Of a stretch of 64,000 bases of DNA, positions 48,464-57,874 are shown piece after piece. This stretch comes from a virus. Taxonomy: Duplodnaviria > Caudoviricetes. The position numbers were made by a program, and so were the translations under genes. The stretch's first letter is position 1; every line of letters starts with the position of its first letter. The notes under the pieces are model-generated. The model made no database searches. It had not been told where the DNA came from and was given only the letters and a program-made list of their open reading frames with translations. The stretch spans positions 1 to 64,000 of IMG/VR virus record IMGVR_UViG_3300046820_001270; one strand, given 5' to 3'.

Positions 48464-49226
48464 AATTAAACGAATTGCTGTATGTTTAAGTGGTAATTTT
48501 AGAACTTGGAAAACAGTTGTTAAAACTTGGGATAATGTTATAAAAATCGATAACGTTGAAGTGGATTATTTTATTCATACATGGGATAAAGTATCTCCGT
48601 CAATGCAAATAATCGGAAATTTAAAAAAAACTGGTATTACGGATGAAGAGATACTAAAAGACTATTACAAACCATTAGATATGAATTTACTTAATGAAGT
48701 ATTAGATTATCATAAACCTGTTAGTTATTTAATCGAATCTCCAAAAGATTTAAGTTTTAAAAACCCTAAACAATCGATATTTGAAAAATCACATTTATCA
48801 CAATTTTTTGGGATAATGATGGTAGGTAAATTAAAGAGAGAACATGAAATTAAAAATGACTTCACATATGATTTAGTAATACGAATGAGATTCGATACAT
48901 ATTTTACTACACCAATAATAATTGATAACATTAAACCCAAATTAAACACAGTGTATGGAAATCACTATGATTATTATTATGATGAAGTATATAAAAGACA
49001 TAATGGTAGATTGGGGGACATTTTTTGGTGTTCAGATTCACTAACTTATGATATACTGTCGGATTTTTATTTAGAATTACAAAACATTACAGATATACCA
49101 CATGGGACACCACCAGAATTTAGTTGGTTGCGTTATATAAAGAAAAACGGGATTAACATAACACCAAATCCTAGATGGGACTTACATATTCTAAGGGAGA
49201 ATGATACGTTAAAAAAATTAATATAA
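48429..49226 (+). CDS. Putative nucleotide-sugar transferase (IAVCxSG family)
   Basis: IAVCLSGNFRT, DYFIHTW, YDLVIRMRFD, GDIFWC..S; alternative ATG at 48447; ends KKLI. Confidence 0.6.
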   Translation: MEFAETMSDLGKIKRIAVCLSGNFRTWKTVVKTWDNVIKIDNVEVDYFIHTWDKVSPSMQIIGNLKKTGITDEEILKDYYKPLDMNLLNEVLDYHKPVSYLIESPKDLSFKNPKQSIFEKSHLSQFFGIMMVGKLKREHEIKNDFTYDLVIRMRFDTYFTTPIIIDNIKPKLNTVYGNHYDYYYDEVYKRHNGRLGDIFWCSDSLTYDILSDFYLELQNITDIPHGTPPEFSWLRYIKKNGINITPNPRWDLHILRENDTLKKLI

Positions 49227-50000
49227 ATGGAAAAAAGAAAAATTGCAGTTTGTATAAGTGGACAAATAAGAACAGCGATTGAAGCCGTATCTAATTTTAA
49301 TTTATTTTTTCAGGATGAAGATATAGATGTGTTTATTCACACATGGTATGACCCATCATTAGAAGATCATGAAAATGTAATAAATCAAATAAAAACACTA
49401 TATAAACCAAAAAAATTTCAAATTGATATATCACCAAATACCAATAGACTTAATTTTGAGGTAATGTTAAAGACCATTATGTTATCAAATGAATTAAAAA
49501 GGAAATATGAAGTTGAGAATGATATTAGGTATGATGTCGTTGTAAAATATAGATTTGACATTTTATTTCCACAAATTACCAAATTTACAGTAAATAACAT
49601 AGAACCACGTACATTATATTACCCACAAGGGAATAACGGAGTACAACATACGGACTATAATAATCACGGGATGACTGATGTTATATTTTGGGGAGATTCC
49701 CAAACGATGGATATTGCTTGTGATACTTATAGATATTATAAATTCGTATTATTGCCAATTAGAAACACATTTGTCGAAAAAACTGGACATATTGTATATG
49801 ACATGTCAGAATCATTAATGAGTCCAGGACAAATCATATTTAAGTATGCAACAAAACATAATATTTTCCCGATGGTTCTTAAAAAAGACGATAATAATTT
49901 TATGAATTTTACATTATGGAGAAAGGAAGTAAAAAATCTAAATTGGATAAACGATTTCGATAAAATAGAACATTTTTATCTAAATCAATATAACGACTAA
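49227..50000 (+). CDS. Putative nucleotide-sugar transferase, paralogue of the upstream gene
   Basis: IAVCISGQIRT, DVFIHTW, YDVVVKYRFD, DVIFWGDS..MD. Confidence 0.6.
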   Translation: MEKRKIAVCISGQIRTAIEAVSNFNLFFQDEDIDVFIHTWYDPSLEDHENVINQIKTLYKPKKFQIDISPNTNRLNFEVMLKTIMLSNELKRKYEVENDIRYDVVVKYRFDILFPQITKFTVNNIEPRTLYYPQGNNGVQHTDYNNHGMTDVIFWGDSQTMDIACDTYRYYKFVLLPIRNTFVEKTGHIVYDMSESLMSPGQIIFKYATKHNIFPMVLKKDDNNFMNFTLWRKEVKNLNWINDFDKIEHFYLNQYND

Positions 50001-50012
50001 AAAAATAATATT

Positions 50013-50888
50013 ATGAAATTATTGGTAACAGGAGATAGTTGGACATATGGTAGTGAATTAAGATCCCCTGAATTAAAAAAAGAAGACTTAGATACTCATA
50101 AAAATAATACTGAGTATAGAACTAAAAATGCTTGGCCACATAAATTAAGTAAATTAATGGGTAATGTTGATGAAATGGTAAATATTTCAAAACCATCCGC
50201 TAGTAATGATCGAATAGTGAGAGAATTAATTGATTATTTAACTAAAAATTACATTAAAGATAAAAAACCTGTTGACGATTTATTTGTAATTGTTGGATTT
50301 TCATCGTTAGATAGAGTTGATTTTTTTTACGACGGTTTATTTGGTAGAGGTTGGGAAACGATTTGGCCAAAATTTAATCATCATTATAGATTTTCCGATA
50401 TTGAGGATTTTAGTAAATTATATAATGAAGGCTTCTCAACAATTTATGGAGACTTCAATAGATATGTAAATCAAATACAATTTTTAGAATTATTTTTTGA
50501 AAAACATCATATAAAATATATGTTTTTTCATGGATTTTATCATCATCAAAATAAATATATAAGTAATTGGGAAGATGTGTTATATGTAAACGGATTAGCT
50601 TACGAATCTGGTACTTATTATTCTAAATTACATAATGAATTTGATTTAGATAGATGGATTGATATTGATCCAATACGTTTTGTTGATAAGGATAAACCAA
50701 TTCATAGTTTTCATAATAGAATAAAAAAAATTGCGAATGACCAAGACATATCATTAGACAAAATATTTGCGAAAAATATTGGTATGCATCCGTCAGAACT
50801 TGGACATACCTTATGGGCGGAATATCTTTATGAATATATGAAAGAAAATAAAAAGTTATTTAAGTTTATTGAAAAAACATTAATATGA
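50013..50888 (+). CDS. SGNH/GDSL-like protein
   Basis: VTGDSWTYG, SASNDRI, VGFSSLDR, MHPSELGH; ends KTLI. Confidence 0.7.
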   Translation: MKLLVTGDSWTYGSELRSPELKKEDLDTHKNNTEYRTKNAWPHKLSKLMGNVDEMVNISKPSASNDRIVRELIDYLTKNYIKDKKPVDDLFVIVGFSSLDRVDFFYDGLFGRGWETIWPKFNHHYRFSDIEDFSKLYNEGFSTIYGDFNRYVNQIQFLELFFEKHHIKYMFFHGFYHHQNKYISNWEDVLYVNGLAYESGTYYSKLHNEFDLDRWIDIDPIRFVDKDKPIHSFHNRIKKIANDQDISLDKIFAKNIGMHPSELGHTLWAEYLYEYMKENKKLFKFIEKTLI

Positions 50889-51655
50889 TAAAAAAATTAA
50901 TGATTTGTGGAGATAGTTATGCATCAGGAATTGGATTAGATGAAAGTTATAATTTAGAAAAATCTTTTGGAGGTTTAATTTCTGAAAAATTAAGTATACC
51001 CTCAATAAATTACTCACGAGCAGGTATTTGTAATTTTGGAATATTTTTACAAGTTAAAAAATCTATTGAGGATAATAAAAATGATTTAGATAAATCATTA
51101 GTTATTATTTCATTAACACAATCTAGTAGATTAATGATTGCTTCCGAAAATATAACATCTGAGGATTTGGATTTATCAAATGTTGATTACATTAATAATC
51201 GACCATTTTCATATAGTGAAAAAAGAAAAAGAGACGTACCATTTATATTAAACAAAAGTCCTAAATTATTTAGCCAAACTATTTTAGATGTATTGGCACA
51301 TTTAAATAATAAAGTGTCGGGTGCAATGGAAGATGCTTATAAGATTTTACCAAAATATAAAATTGAAACATTAGGACAATATATACAAGATGTTTACTCC
51401 GATCCAATAAAAGATGAATATGACGTGGCTTTGGTTGCAAGAACACATCTATTATTAAAGATGAACAATATTAAACACATATTTTTAGGATCTCCAAGAA
51501 GTAAATTTGATTTTGTACCTGATGAAAATTTTTGTGAAGTAAATTGGAGAGAAATATCGGATAAATATCCAGACGAAATAGGATCAAGTCATTGTAATGA
51601 ATTTGGCCACGAAATGGTAAGAGATTTAATTTTAAAAAAAATATCAAATGAATAA
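50885..51655 (+). CDS. SGNH/GDSL-like protein
   Basis: ICGDSYASG, AGICNFGI, LTQSSR, SHCNEFGH. Confidence 0.7.
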   Translation: MIKKLMICGDSYASGIGLDESYNLEKSFGGLISEKLSIPSINYSRAGICNFGIFLQVKKSIEDNKNDLDKSLVIISLTQSSRLMIASENITSEDLDLSNVDYINNRPFSYSEKRKRDVPFILNKSPKLFSQTILDVLAHLNNKVSGAMEDAYKILPKYKIETLGQYIQDVYSDPIKDEYDVALVARTHLLLKMNNIKHIFLGSPRSKFDFVPDENFCEVNWREISDKYPDEIGSSHCNEFGHEMVRDLILKKISNE

Positions 51656-52835
51656 AGACACATTCTGCATAATGACGTACAAAGGTTTATTCGTTGAACC
51701 TACAAAACATGTGAAACCATGTTGTGTATTCAAAGATTTTGAAACCCCGTTAATATATGATGAAAATAAAACATTTGATGAAATGTTTAATTCCCCTCAA
51801 TTTATTGAATTAAGAGAAAAAATGGACAATGGTATTGTTCATAGTGGTTGTGTAAATTGTTTTAATGGCACTATTAACCATAGAGAGGGTATGAACATTA
51901 TGTTTTTTGGTAACGACTATGAAAAACTTAAAGAATTAAATATAAGTGAAGATTATAAATCGGACGAGATTCTTTATTTAGATTTAAGAATTTCCAATTT
52001 ATGTAATTTTAAATGTAGAATGTGTAATGCAACATATTCTTCCTCATGGGAAGACGAAATGAAACAAATTGAACCTAATTTTATATCTGAACCGAAATGT
52101 GGACATAATTGGATTAATCCTATTGTAGATAAAATAGATAAGATAAAATATCTTTATTTAGCAGGAGGAGAACCTTTAATAATGAAGGAAACATTTCAAT
52201 TATTAAAGTTAATAGAAAATAGAAAAAATGAAATTACATTATTTTTAAATACTAATTTGTCAAATTTAGAGTATAAAAAAATAGATGTTATTAATGAAAT
52301 AATAGAATTTAATAAAATACATTTATTTGTATCTTGTGATGGGTTTGGAGAAGTCGGTGAATACCAAAGAACAGGATTTAATACGGAAAAGTTTAAAACT
52401 AATTTAAAGACATTACTAAGTAGGATTAATAACTTAGATAAAATAAAATTAGATATAATTTATGCGTTAAGTTCAATAAATGTCTATAACCTGTTTAATT
52501 TTATGAAAGAACTAAAGGAAGAATTTAATTTAGGAGATGAAGTTATTAATTTTCAGTTTGTTAGTTCACCATGGTATTTTAGTGTGGCATCTATGGATGA
52601 AACACATAAAAAAGATGTGGTAAGTTTTATAAAAGATAATTATCATTTTTGTAATGAAAAAACTAAAAATCAATTAGATAATTTTATATATTTTGTCGAA
52701 AACAATAAAGACAACATAACCACATATCAAAAAGAAAAAGACTATGAATTCTTAAAAAAATTAGATATATTTAGAAATACAAATATAAATGAGGTTTCAC
52801 CTTGGATTTTTAAAAGTATTTTTAATGAGTTATAA
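51648..52835 (+). CDS. Radical SAM protein with N-terminal twitch/SPASM-like motif
   Basis: FCIMTY..PCC..CVNC; CNFKCRMC; LAGGEP. Confidence 0.9.
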   Translation: MNKDTFCIMTYKGLFVEPTKHVKPCCVFKDFETPLIYDENKTFDEMFNSPQFIELREKMDNGIVHSGCVNCFNGTINHREGMNIMFFGNDYEKLKELNISEDYKSDEILYLDLRISNLCNFKCRMCNATYSSSWEDEMKQIEPNFISEPKCGHNWINPIVDKIDKIKYLYLAGGEPLIMKETFQLLKLIENRKNEITLFLNTNLSNLEYKKIDVINEIIEFNKIHLFVSCDGFGEVGEYQRTGFNTEKFKTNLKTLLSRINNLDKIKLDIIYALSSINVYNLFNFMKELKEEFNLGDEVINFQFVSSPWYFSVASMDETHKKDVVSFIKDNYHFCNEKTKNQLDNFIYFVENNKDNITTYQKEKDYEFLKKLDIFRNTNINEVSPWIFKSIFNEL

Positions 52836-53538
52836 ATGTTTATACGCAAATGGAGATAGTTGGACGGAAGGGGATGAAATCGGAGATGAAAAGGATCATC
52901 GTAACACGCCGACCCTTAGATATTACAACTCTTGGCCTTGGTTTTTATCACAAGAATTGAATATCGGTGTTTGTGTAAATGACGGTGCCAACGGAAGATC
53001 AAATTATAGAATTTTCAGAAGAACCATTAAATTTATATTTGAATGGATAGAAAATGGAAAAAATCCATCTGAGTTAATTATTATTAATGGATGGACAACG
53101 CCAGAAAGATTTGAACTACCTGTTATAGATAAAAAAGGAAAAGGTAGTTATACTCATCTATTAATCAATACCCCGATATATGATAAAATTAAGTATGATT
53201 CATTAACTATTGATAAAATTAATAAATTTAGCAATTTATTTTATGAATTAATTGACTTAAATGAATTAGATAAAAATATGATTAACCATATGAGAATATT
53301 GAGAATTATTACCAAATATTTTGGTATAACTTATTTTGATTTTATTGGTGTTGGTAATCACCCGAATAACATTAAATTAAATTATAAAGATGATTTTAGT
53401 AATCTTTTTTCTAAAAGTTTTTTAAATACGGTATATGAAAATAAATGGAGTACTCACGAACAAAAACACCCAACAATCGAAACCCACAAAAAATGGGCAA
53501 CACTATTGAAAAATTTTATTAATGAATATAATTTATAG
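52825..53538 (+). CDS. SGNH/GDSL-like protein
   Basis: In-frame ATG at 52825 preferred over 52789; ANGDSWTEG, GRSNYRI, GWTTPER, KHPTIETH. Confidence 0.7.
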   Translation: MSYKCLYANGDSWTEGDEIGDEKDHRNTPTLRYYNSWPWFLSQELNIGVCVNDGANGRSNYRIFRRTIKFIFEWIENGKNPSELIIINGWTTPERFELPVIDKKGKGSYTHLLINTPIYDKIKYDSLTIDKINKFSNLFYELIDLNELDKNMINHMRILRIITKYFGITYFDFIGVGNHPNNIKLNYKDDFSNLFSKSFLNTVYENKWSTHEQKHPTIETHKKWATLLKNFINEYNL

Positions 53539-54244
53539 TTTATGTGGTAATGGACAAAGATTTAAAGATAAGGGATATGATACAATAAAATACCTTATCA
53601 AATATGGTAATGCACCTATGTTGTATCATTCTGTAAATACATTAGGTATTAGTGGTAATTTACATTTTATTGTTAGAGACGTACATTTAAAAGAATATAA
53701 ATTTTTAGAAAAGTTTCTATTAGATTTAGGTGGTAAAATAACAATTTGTTATAAGGAAACTTCGGGAGCAGCAGAATCTTTGTTATTATGTGAAAATGAT
53801 ATTGAAAATAAAGATTTACCATTTATATCGGTAAATTCAGATCAATATATGAATTGGAATGCTAAACCATTTATAAAAAAATTATTAGAAAATCCCGATA
53901 CTTCATATACACTAACATTTCAATCAACCGATCCAAAATGTAGTTATGTTAGATTGTTAAATGATAAAATAGTCGAAGTTAGAGAAAAATTAGTAATTAG
54001 CAATCAAGCAACTGTTGGGGTATATCATTGGAAAACAAGTAAAGATTTTTTTATTGATGCTAAACAAATGATTAATGATAATGTTAGAGACAATAATGAA
54101 TTTTACGTTGCACCAGTTTATAACTTTTCAATAAAAAGAGGATTAGTGGTTAAACCACATGAAATAAATCCAGATAATTTTATACCAGTCGGTACTCCAT
54201 ATGACTTGGTAAATTTTATGGCAGAACAAAGATTTTTTGATTAA
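53522..54244 (+). CDS. Sugar-phosphate nucleotidyltransferase-like protein (NTP_transferase fold)
   Basis: GNGQRFKDKGY..KYLI, TSGAAES, VNSDQ, ATVGVYHW, EFYVAPVYN, VGTPYDL. Confidence 0.8.
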   Translation: MNIIYSLCGNGQRFKDKGYDTIKYLIKYGNAPMLYHSVNTLGISGNLHFIVRDVHLKEYKFLEKFLLDLGGKITICYKETSGAAESLLLCENDIENKDLPFISVNSDQYMNWNAKPFIKKLLENPDTSYTLTFQSTDPKCSYVRLLNDKIVEVREKLVISNQATVGVYHWKTSKDFFIDAKQMINDNVRDNNEFYVAPVYNFSIKRGLVVKPHEINPDNFIPVGTPYDLVNFMAEQRFFD

Positions 54245-54576
54245 TGGAAAAATACAATATAAATGATTTTAAGAGAGGGTGGTTTATTGGTAATTTTGAA
54301 CCATCATTATTTAAGGGTAATTTTGAAGTAGGTCTTCAAAAATCAAAAATGGGAGATAGCCATGACGACCATTTCCATAAAAAAAATACCGAATATAATT
54401 TAGTTATTAGCGGTAGAATCAAAATAAACGATGAGGTATTTATTAAGGATGATATATTCATAATTAAACCATATACAGTAAGTCATAGTGTAGAATATCT
54501 TGAAGATACTGAAATTTTGGTTGTAAGAGATATGAGCGATTCTACAGATAAGTACATTTATAAAATAATTAATTAA
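54244..54576 (+). CDS. Cupin-fold protein
   Basis: GWFIGNFEPS, HDDHFHKKNTEY...ISG. Confidence 0.7.
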   Translation: MEKYNINDFKRGWFIGNFEPSLFKGNFEVGLQKSKMGDSHDDHFHKKNTEYNLVISGRIKINDEVFIKDDIFIIKPYTVSHSVEYLEDTEILVVRDMSDSTDKYIYKIIN

Positions 54577-54578
54577 CA

Positions 54579-55802
54579 ATGAATATATATAAAAAAACGG
54601 CACCCGATAATCATTTTGTGGTCGAGTATTATTTGGAAGCAAAAACATCATTAAAAGATGCGGCTTGGAACATCGCTATAGGACAGAGTATAGGAAATCC
54701 AAATAATCGAAGTATTTGGGAAACTGAAGAAATGTATGAAAATCACATTTGTTTTATACTCGAAGATGAGGATTACTTAAAATCACATAAAAATGGTATT
54801 GTAAAAATTTCATTTCCACTTTCAAACATTAATTTAGAAGAAGACGGAATTTCACAAATTTTATGTCACATTGCTGGAGGACAAGTTGATATCTTAGAAA
54901 TTCAAAAATGTCATGTTTTAAATATTGAATTACCTGAAGATGTTGAAAACTCATTTAAATTAAAACCAGCATACGGTATAGACGGATTTAGAAAATTAAA
55001 TGGTGTTTACGAAAAACCATTTTTAGGTGGGATCATTAAACCAAAAGTTGGTATGTCACCGGAAGTGTTATTAGAAGTGGTAAAAGAAATGGTCAACGGA
55101 GGGGTTAATTTTATCAAAGAAGACGAGTTATTAGGAAACCCAAATCACTGTCCATTAGAACAAAGAGTACCACTTATTACAAAATGGTTAAAAGAAAATG
55201 CTCCTGATGTGATATATTGTTTTTGTATTAATGGAGATAGTCCATATGCATTACAAAGAGCCCAATTTGTGGTGGATAATGGGGGTAATGGTATTCATAT
55301 AAACGTTTGGAGTGGATTAGGTGTGTACCGAGCAATCAGGAAACAAAACCCAAATTTATGGATACATTTTCAAAAAAGTGGTGATAAATTTTTCACAGAT
55401 AAAAGAGCACCGTTTCACATATATTGGCCCGTGATTTGTAAAATTGCAGGATGGTCTGGTGTAGATTCAATTCATGCGGGTATGATTGGTGGGTATATGA
55501 ATCAGGATGAAGAAGAATTAAAAGACACTTTAAAAATGTTATGGAAATACAATATTGTTCCAGCTCTAAGTTGTGGTATGCATCCAGGATTAGTACAATA
55601 TGTTAATGAATCTTTAAAAAGTTTTGATTGGATGGCAAATGTCGGTGGAGCAATGCATGCACATCCGATGGGAACTTTGGGAGGAGGAATTGCCATGAAA
55701 CAAGCAATAAATAAAAACTTTGACGGACAAGAATTCAAAATTGCAACTGAGAAATGGGGCAATAAAGAGTTTAACCCAGATTTGGCTTATCGATATTTTT
55801 AA
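54579..55802 (+). CDS. RuBisCO large-subunit-like protein (RLP, form IV-like)
   Basis: GGIIKPKVG, GGVNFIKEDE, DSIHAG, PALSCGMHPG, VGGAMHAHPMG; several carboxylase residues are substituted. Confidence 0.9.
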   Translation: MNIYKKTAPDNHFVVEYYLEAKTSLKDAAWNIAIGQSIGNPNNRSIWETEEMYENHICFILEDEDYLKSHKNGIVKISFPLSNINLEEDGISQILCHIAGGQVDILEIQKCHVLNIELPEDVENSFKLKPAYGIDGFRKLNGVYEKPFLGGIIKPKVGMSPEVLLEVVKEMVNGGVNFIKEDELLGNPNHCPLEQRVPLITKWLKENAPDVIYCFCINGDSPYALQRAQFVVDNGGNGIHINVWSGLGVYRAIRKQNPNLWIHFQKSGDKFFTDKRAPFHIYWPVICKIAGWSGVDSIHAGMIGGYMNQDEEELKDTLKMLWKYNIVPALSCGMHPGLVQYVNESLKSFDWMANVGGAMHAHPMGTLGGGIAMKQAINKNFDGQEFKIATEKWGNKEFNPDLAYRYF

Positions 55803-55816
55803 AAAATAATTTAATA

Positions 55817-57484
55817 ATGTATATAATAGGTATATCCGCATTTTATCACGATTCGTCTGTTTGTTTATTTAGAGACAATCAATTAATTTTTGCTTGTGAA
55901 GAAGAAAAGTTCACAGGTATTAAACATGATAGTTCGTTCCCAACGAATGCCTTGGAATATATCTATAAACAATATAAGATTACATCCAAAAATTTACAAG
56001 CAGTTTGTTATTATGAGGATCCTAAATTAAAATATCAAAGAGTAATGGAGAACATTAAACCTCAATGGTTTAAAAATCCAATATACTCATTGAAGTCTTA
56101 TTTTAAAATACGTAGTAATGTAAAGAATGTTGATAAGAAATTAAAAGAGATCTGCCCAACGATATTTTATTCAACACATCATGAAGCACATCAGTATTAT
56201 GCACATTATACATCACATTTTGAGGAATCAACTTGTTTATCAGTTGACGGTGTAGGTGAGATTGATACGGTGTCATTGGGAGTTGCAGATTATAATGGAA
56301 TCAAATACAGTTCACTTGCAAAGTATCCACATTCAATGGGTCTTTATTACTCCGCATTGACCTCATATTTAGGGTTTAGACCGAACGAAGGTGAGTATAA
56401 GGTAATGGGATTAGCGTCTTATGGTGATCCTCAAAAGTACATTAAAGAGGTACGTGATTTGATTTCATTTAAAAGTGGTAAGTTGGTGTGTAATATGAAT
56501 GTATTTTGTTGGAATAAGACCGATAAATCTATGTTCAATGAGAAACTTGTGGAACTATTAAGTGTTCCACAAAGATTACCTGAAGAAACATTGGAACAAA
56601 CACATAAAGACTTGGCTGCTGCCGTTCAACTAAGATATGAGGAGGTATTGTTTGAAATTATCAAATCAATTAGACACGTAAGTAAAAGTCCAAACTTAAC
56701 ATTAAGTGGTGGTTGTGCGTATAATGGAACGGCTAATGGTAAAATTGTTGATAAATCACATTTTACACACCTTTGGATTCCACCGGCACCATCTGATGCG
56801 GGATCGGCAATTGGATCAGTCGTTCATTATTTGGTTAAAGAACGTAAAGTAAGAAGTAAAATTACAAGAAATCCATTTTTAGGACCTCAATATTATTTTG
56901 ATGATATTAGACGAGCAATTCATAGAAATAATTTTAAAAAGTTTGAATCTGAAAATAAATTAAGAACACATATTGCTCAAAAATTATTCGAAGGTAAAGT
57001 TGTGGGATGGTTTAATGGTCACATTGAATTCGGAGCAAGATCTTTAGGTAATAGATCAATATTGGCAAATCCAACATTACCTGATATGAAAGATAGAATT
57101 AATAAGGTCATTAAGAAAAGAGAAGGATTTAGACCGTTTGCACCAATGGTGACCAAAGAGAAACAAGATCAATTCTTTGAGATGACGGATGACGTTCCTT
57201 ATATGAATCAGGTTGTTAAGGTAAAGGAAGAATATCGAGATAAATTACCTGCGGTCACACACGTAGATGGTAGTGCAAGAGTTCAAACAGTTTACAAATA
57301 CACCGTTATTTATGATTTATTAAACGAATTTGAAAAATTAAGTGGTTATCCAATTTTATTGAATACCTCATTCAATGTTAAAGATAAGACAATGGTGTTG
57401 ACACCGAAAGATGCGGTTGATACTTTCTTTGATACTGATATGGATATATTAGTAATGGGTAATTATGTTATGTATAAAAATTAA
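55817..57484 (+). CDS. Carbamoyltransferase (NodU/CmcH/TobZ family)
   Basis: HDSSVCL, EEEKFTGIKH, HHEAH, VDGVGE, EYKVMGLASYG, PSDAGSAIG, EFGARSLGNRSIL, RPFAP, HVDGSARVQTV, LNTSFN. Confidence 0.95.
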   Translation: MYIIGISAFYHDSSVCLFRDNQLIFACEEEKFTGIKHDSSFPTNALEYIYKQYKITSKNLQAVCYYEDPKLKYQRVMENIKPQWFKNPIYSLKSYFKIRSNVKNVDKKLKEICPTIFYSTHHEAHQYYAHYTSHFEESTCLSVDGVGEIDTVSLGVADYNGIKYSSLAKYPHSMGLYYSALTSYLGFRPNEGEYKVMGLASYGDPQKYIKEVRDLISFKSGKLVCNMNVFCWNKTDKSMFNEKLVELLSVPQRLPEETLEQTHKDLAAAVQLRYEEVLFEIIKSIRHVSKSPNLTLSGGCAYNGTANGKIVDKSHFTHLWIPPAPSDAGSAIGSVVHYLVKERKVRSKITRNPFLGPQYYFDDIRRAIHRNNFKKFESENKLRTHIAQKLFEGKVVGWFNGHIEFGARSLGNRSILANPTLPDMKDRINKVIKKREGFRPFAPMVTKEKQDQFFEMTDDVPYMNQVVKVKEEYRDKLPAVTHVDGSARVQTVYKYTVIYDLLNEFEKLSGYPILLNTSFNVKDKTMVLTPKDAVDTFFDTDMDILVMGNYVMYKN

Positions 57485-57487
57485 AAT

Positions 57488-57604
57488 ATGAAAAAATTAA
57501 TCAATTGGGTAAAAGACTACTTTGAAAGAAGAAAAAGAAAGAAAGAATTTAAAAAGAAATTAGAAGATTTACGTAAAAGAGATCCATTTATTTATAATCA
57601 CTAA
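57488..57604 (+). CDS. 38-aa basic peptide (not in ORF track)
   Basis: MKKLINWVKDYFERRKRKKEFKKKLEDLRKRDPFIYNH*, starting 3 nt after the carbamoyltransferase stop. Confidence 0.65.
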   Translation: MKKLINWVKDYFERRKRKKEFKKKLEDLRKRDPFIYNH

Positions 57605-57612
57605 TTTCGTGA

Positions 57613-57619
57613 TATTTAT
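57613..57619 (+). promoter_or_regulatory. TATTTAT motif (putative late promoter)
   Basis: 13 nt before the ATG at 57633. Confidence 0.45.
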
Positions 57620-57632
57620 ATAAAAACAAATC

Positions 57633-57836
57633 ATGACATTCAAAATCAATGCACTTAAAACAATCGTAGGAAACGAAGAATTCGTATTATTGGACAATAT
57701 TTTTAACTCTGCTCAAGAAGCATTGGACTTTGTAAAGGCAAACTTATCATTAAATGATACTTTAGGACCAAAAAACGTTGTAAGTATTAAAATAAATGAC
57801 GTTTACTATCATTATTTTGAAATTATCGAAGGATAA
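57633..57836 (+). CDS. Small hypothetical protein
   Basis: 67 aa with its own upstream motif. Confidence 0.65.
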   Translation: MTFKINALKTIVGNEEFVLLDNIFNSAQEALDFVKANLSLNDTLGPKNVVSIKINDVYYHYFEIIEG

Positions 57837-57837
57837 T

Positions 57838-57866
57838 TTGACAATTTGAGGTATTTTTAGTATATT
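57838..57866 (+). promoter_or_regulatory. sigma70-type promoter TTGACA-N17-TATATT
   Basis: TTGACA 57838-57843, 17-nt spacer, TATATT 57861-57866; ATG at 57875. Confidence 0.65.
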
Positions 57867-57874
57867 ATATCATT

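Noticed and set aside
54579-55802. Bona fide CO2-fixing RuBisCO (rbcL/cbbM)
   Set aside because: Residues equivalent to E60, N123, H294 and K334 appear substituted, and no small subunit or phosphoribulokinase is present.
33631-57484. Eukaryotic giant virus or bacterial capsule locus as the source
   Set aside because: NusG, intrinsic terminators, an S74 tail fibre and an amidase fold indicate a bacteriophage; no wzx/wzy/ABC exporter or chromosomal housekeeping context is present.
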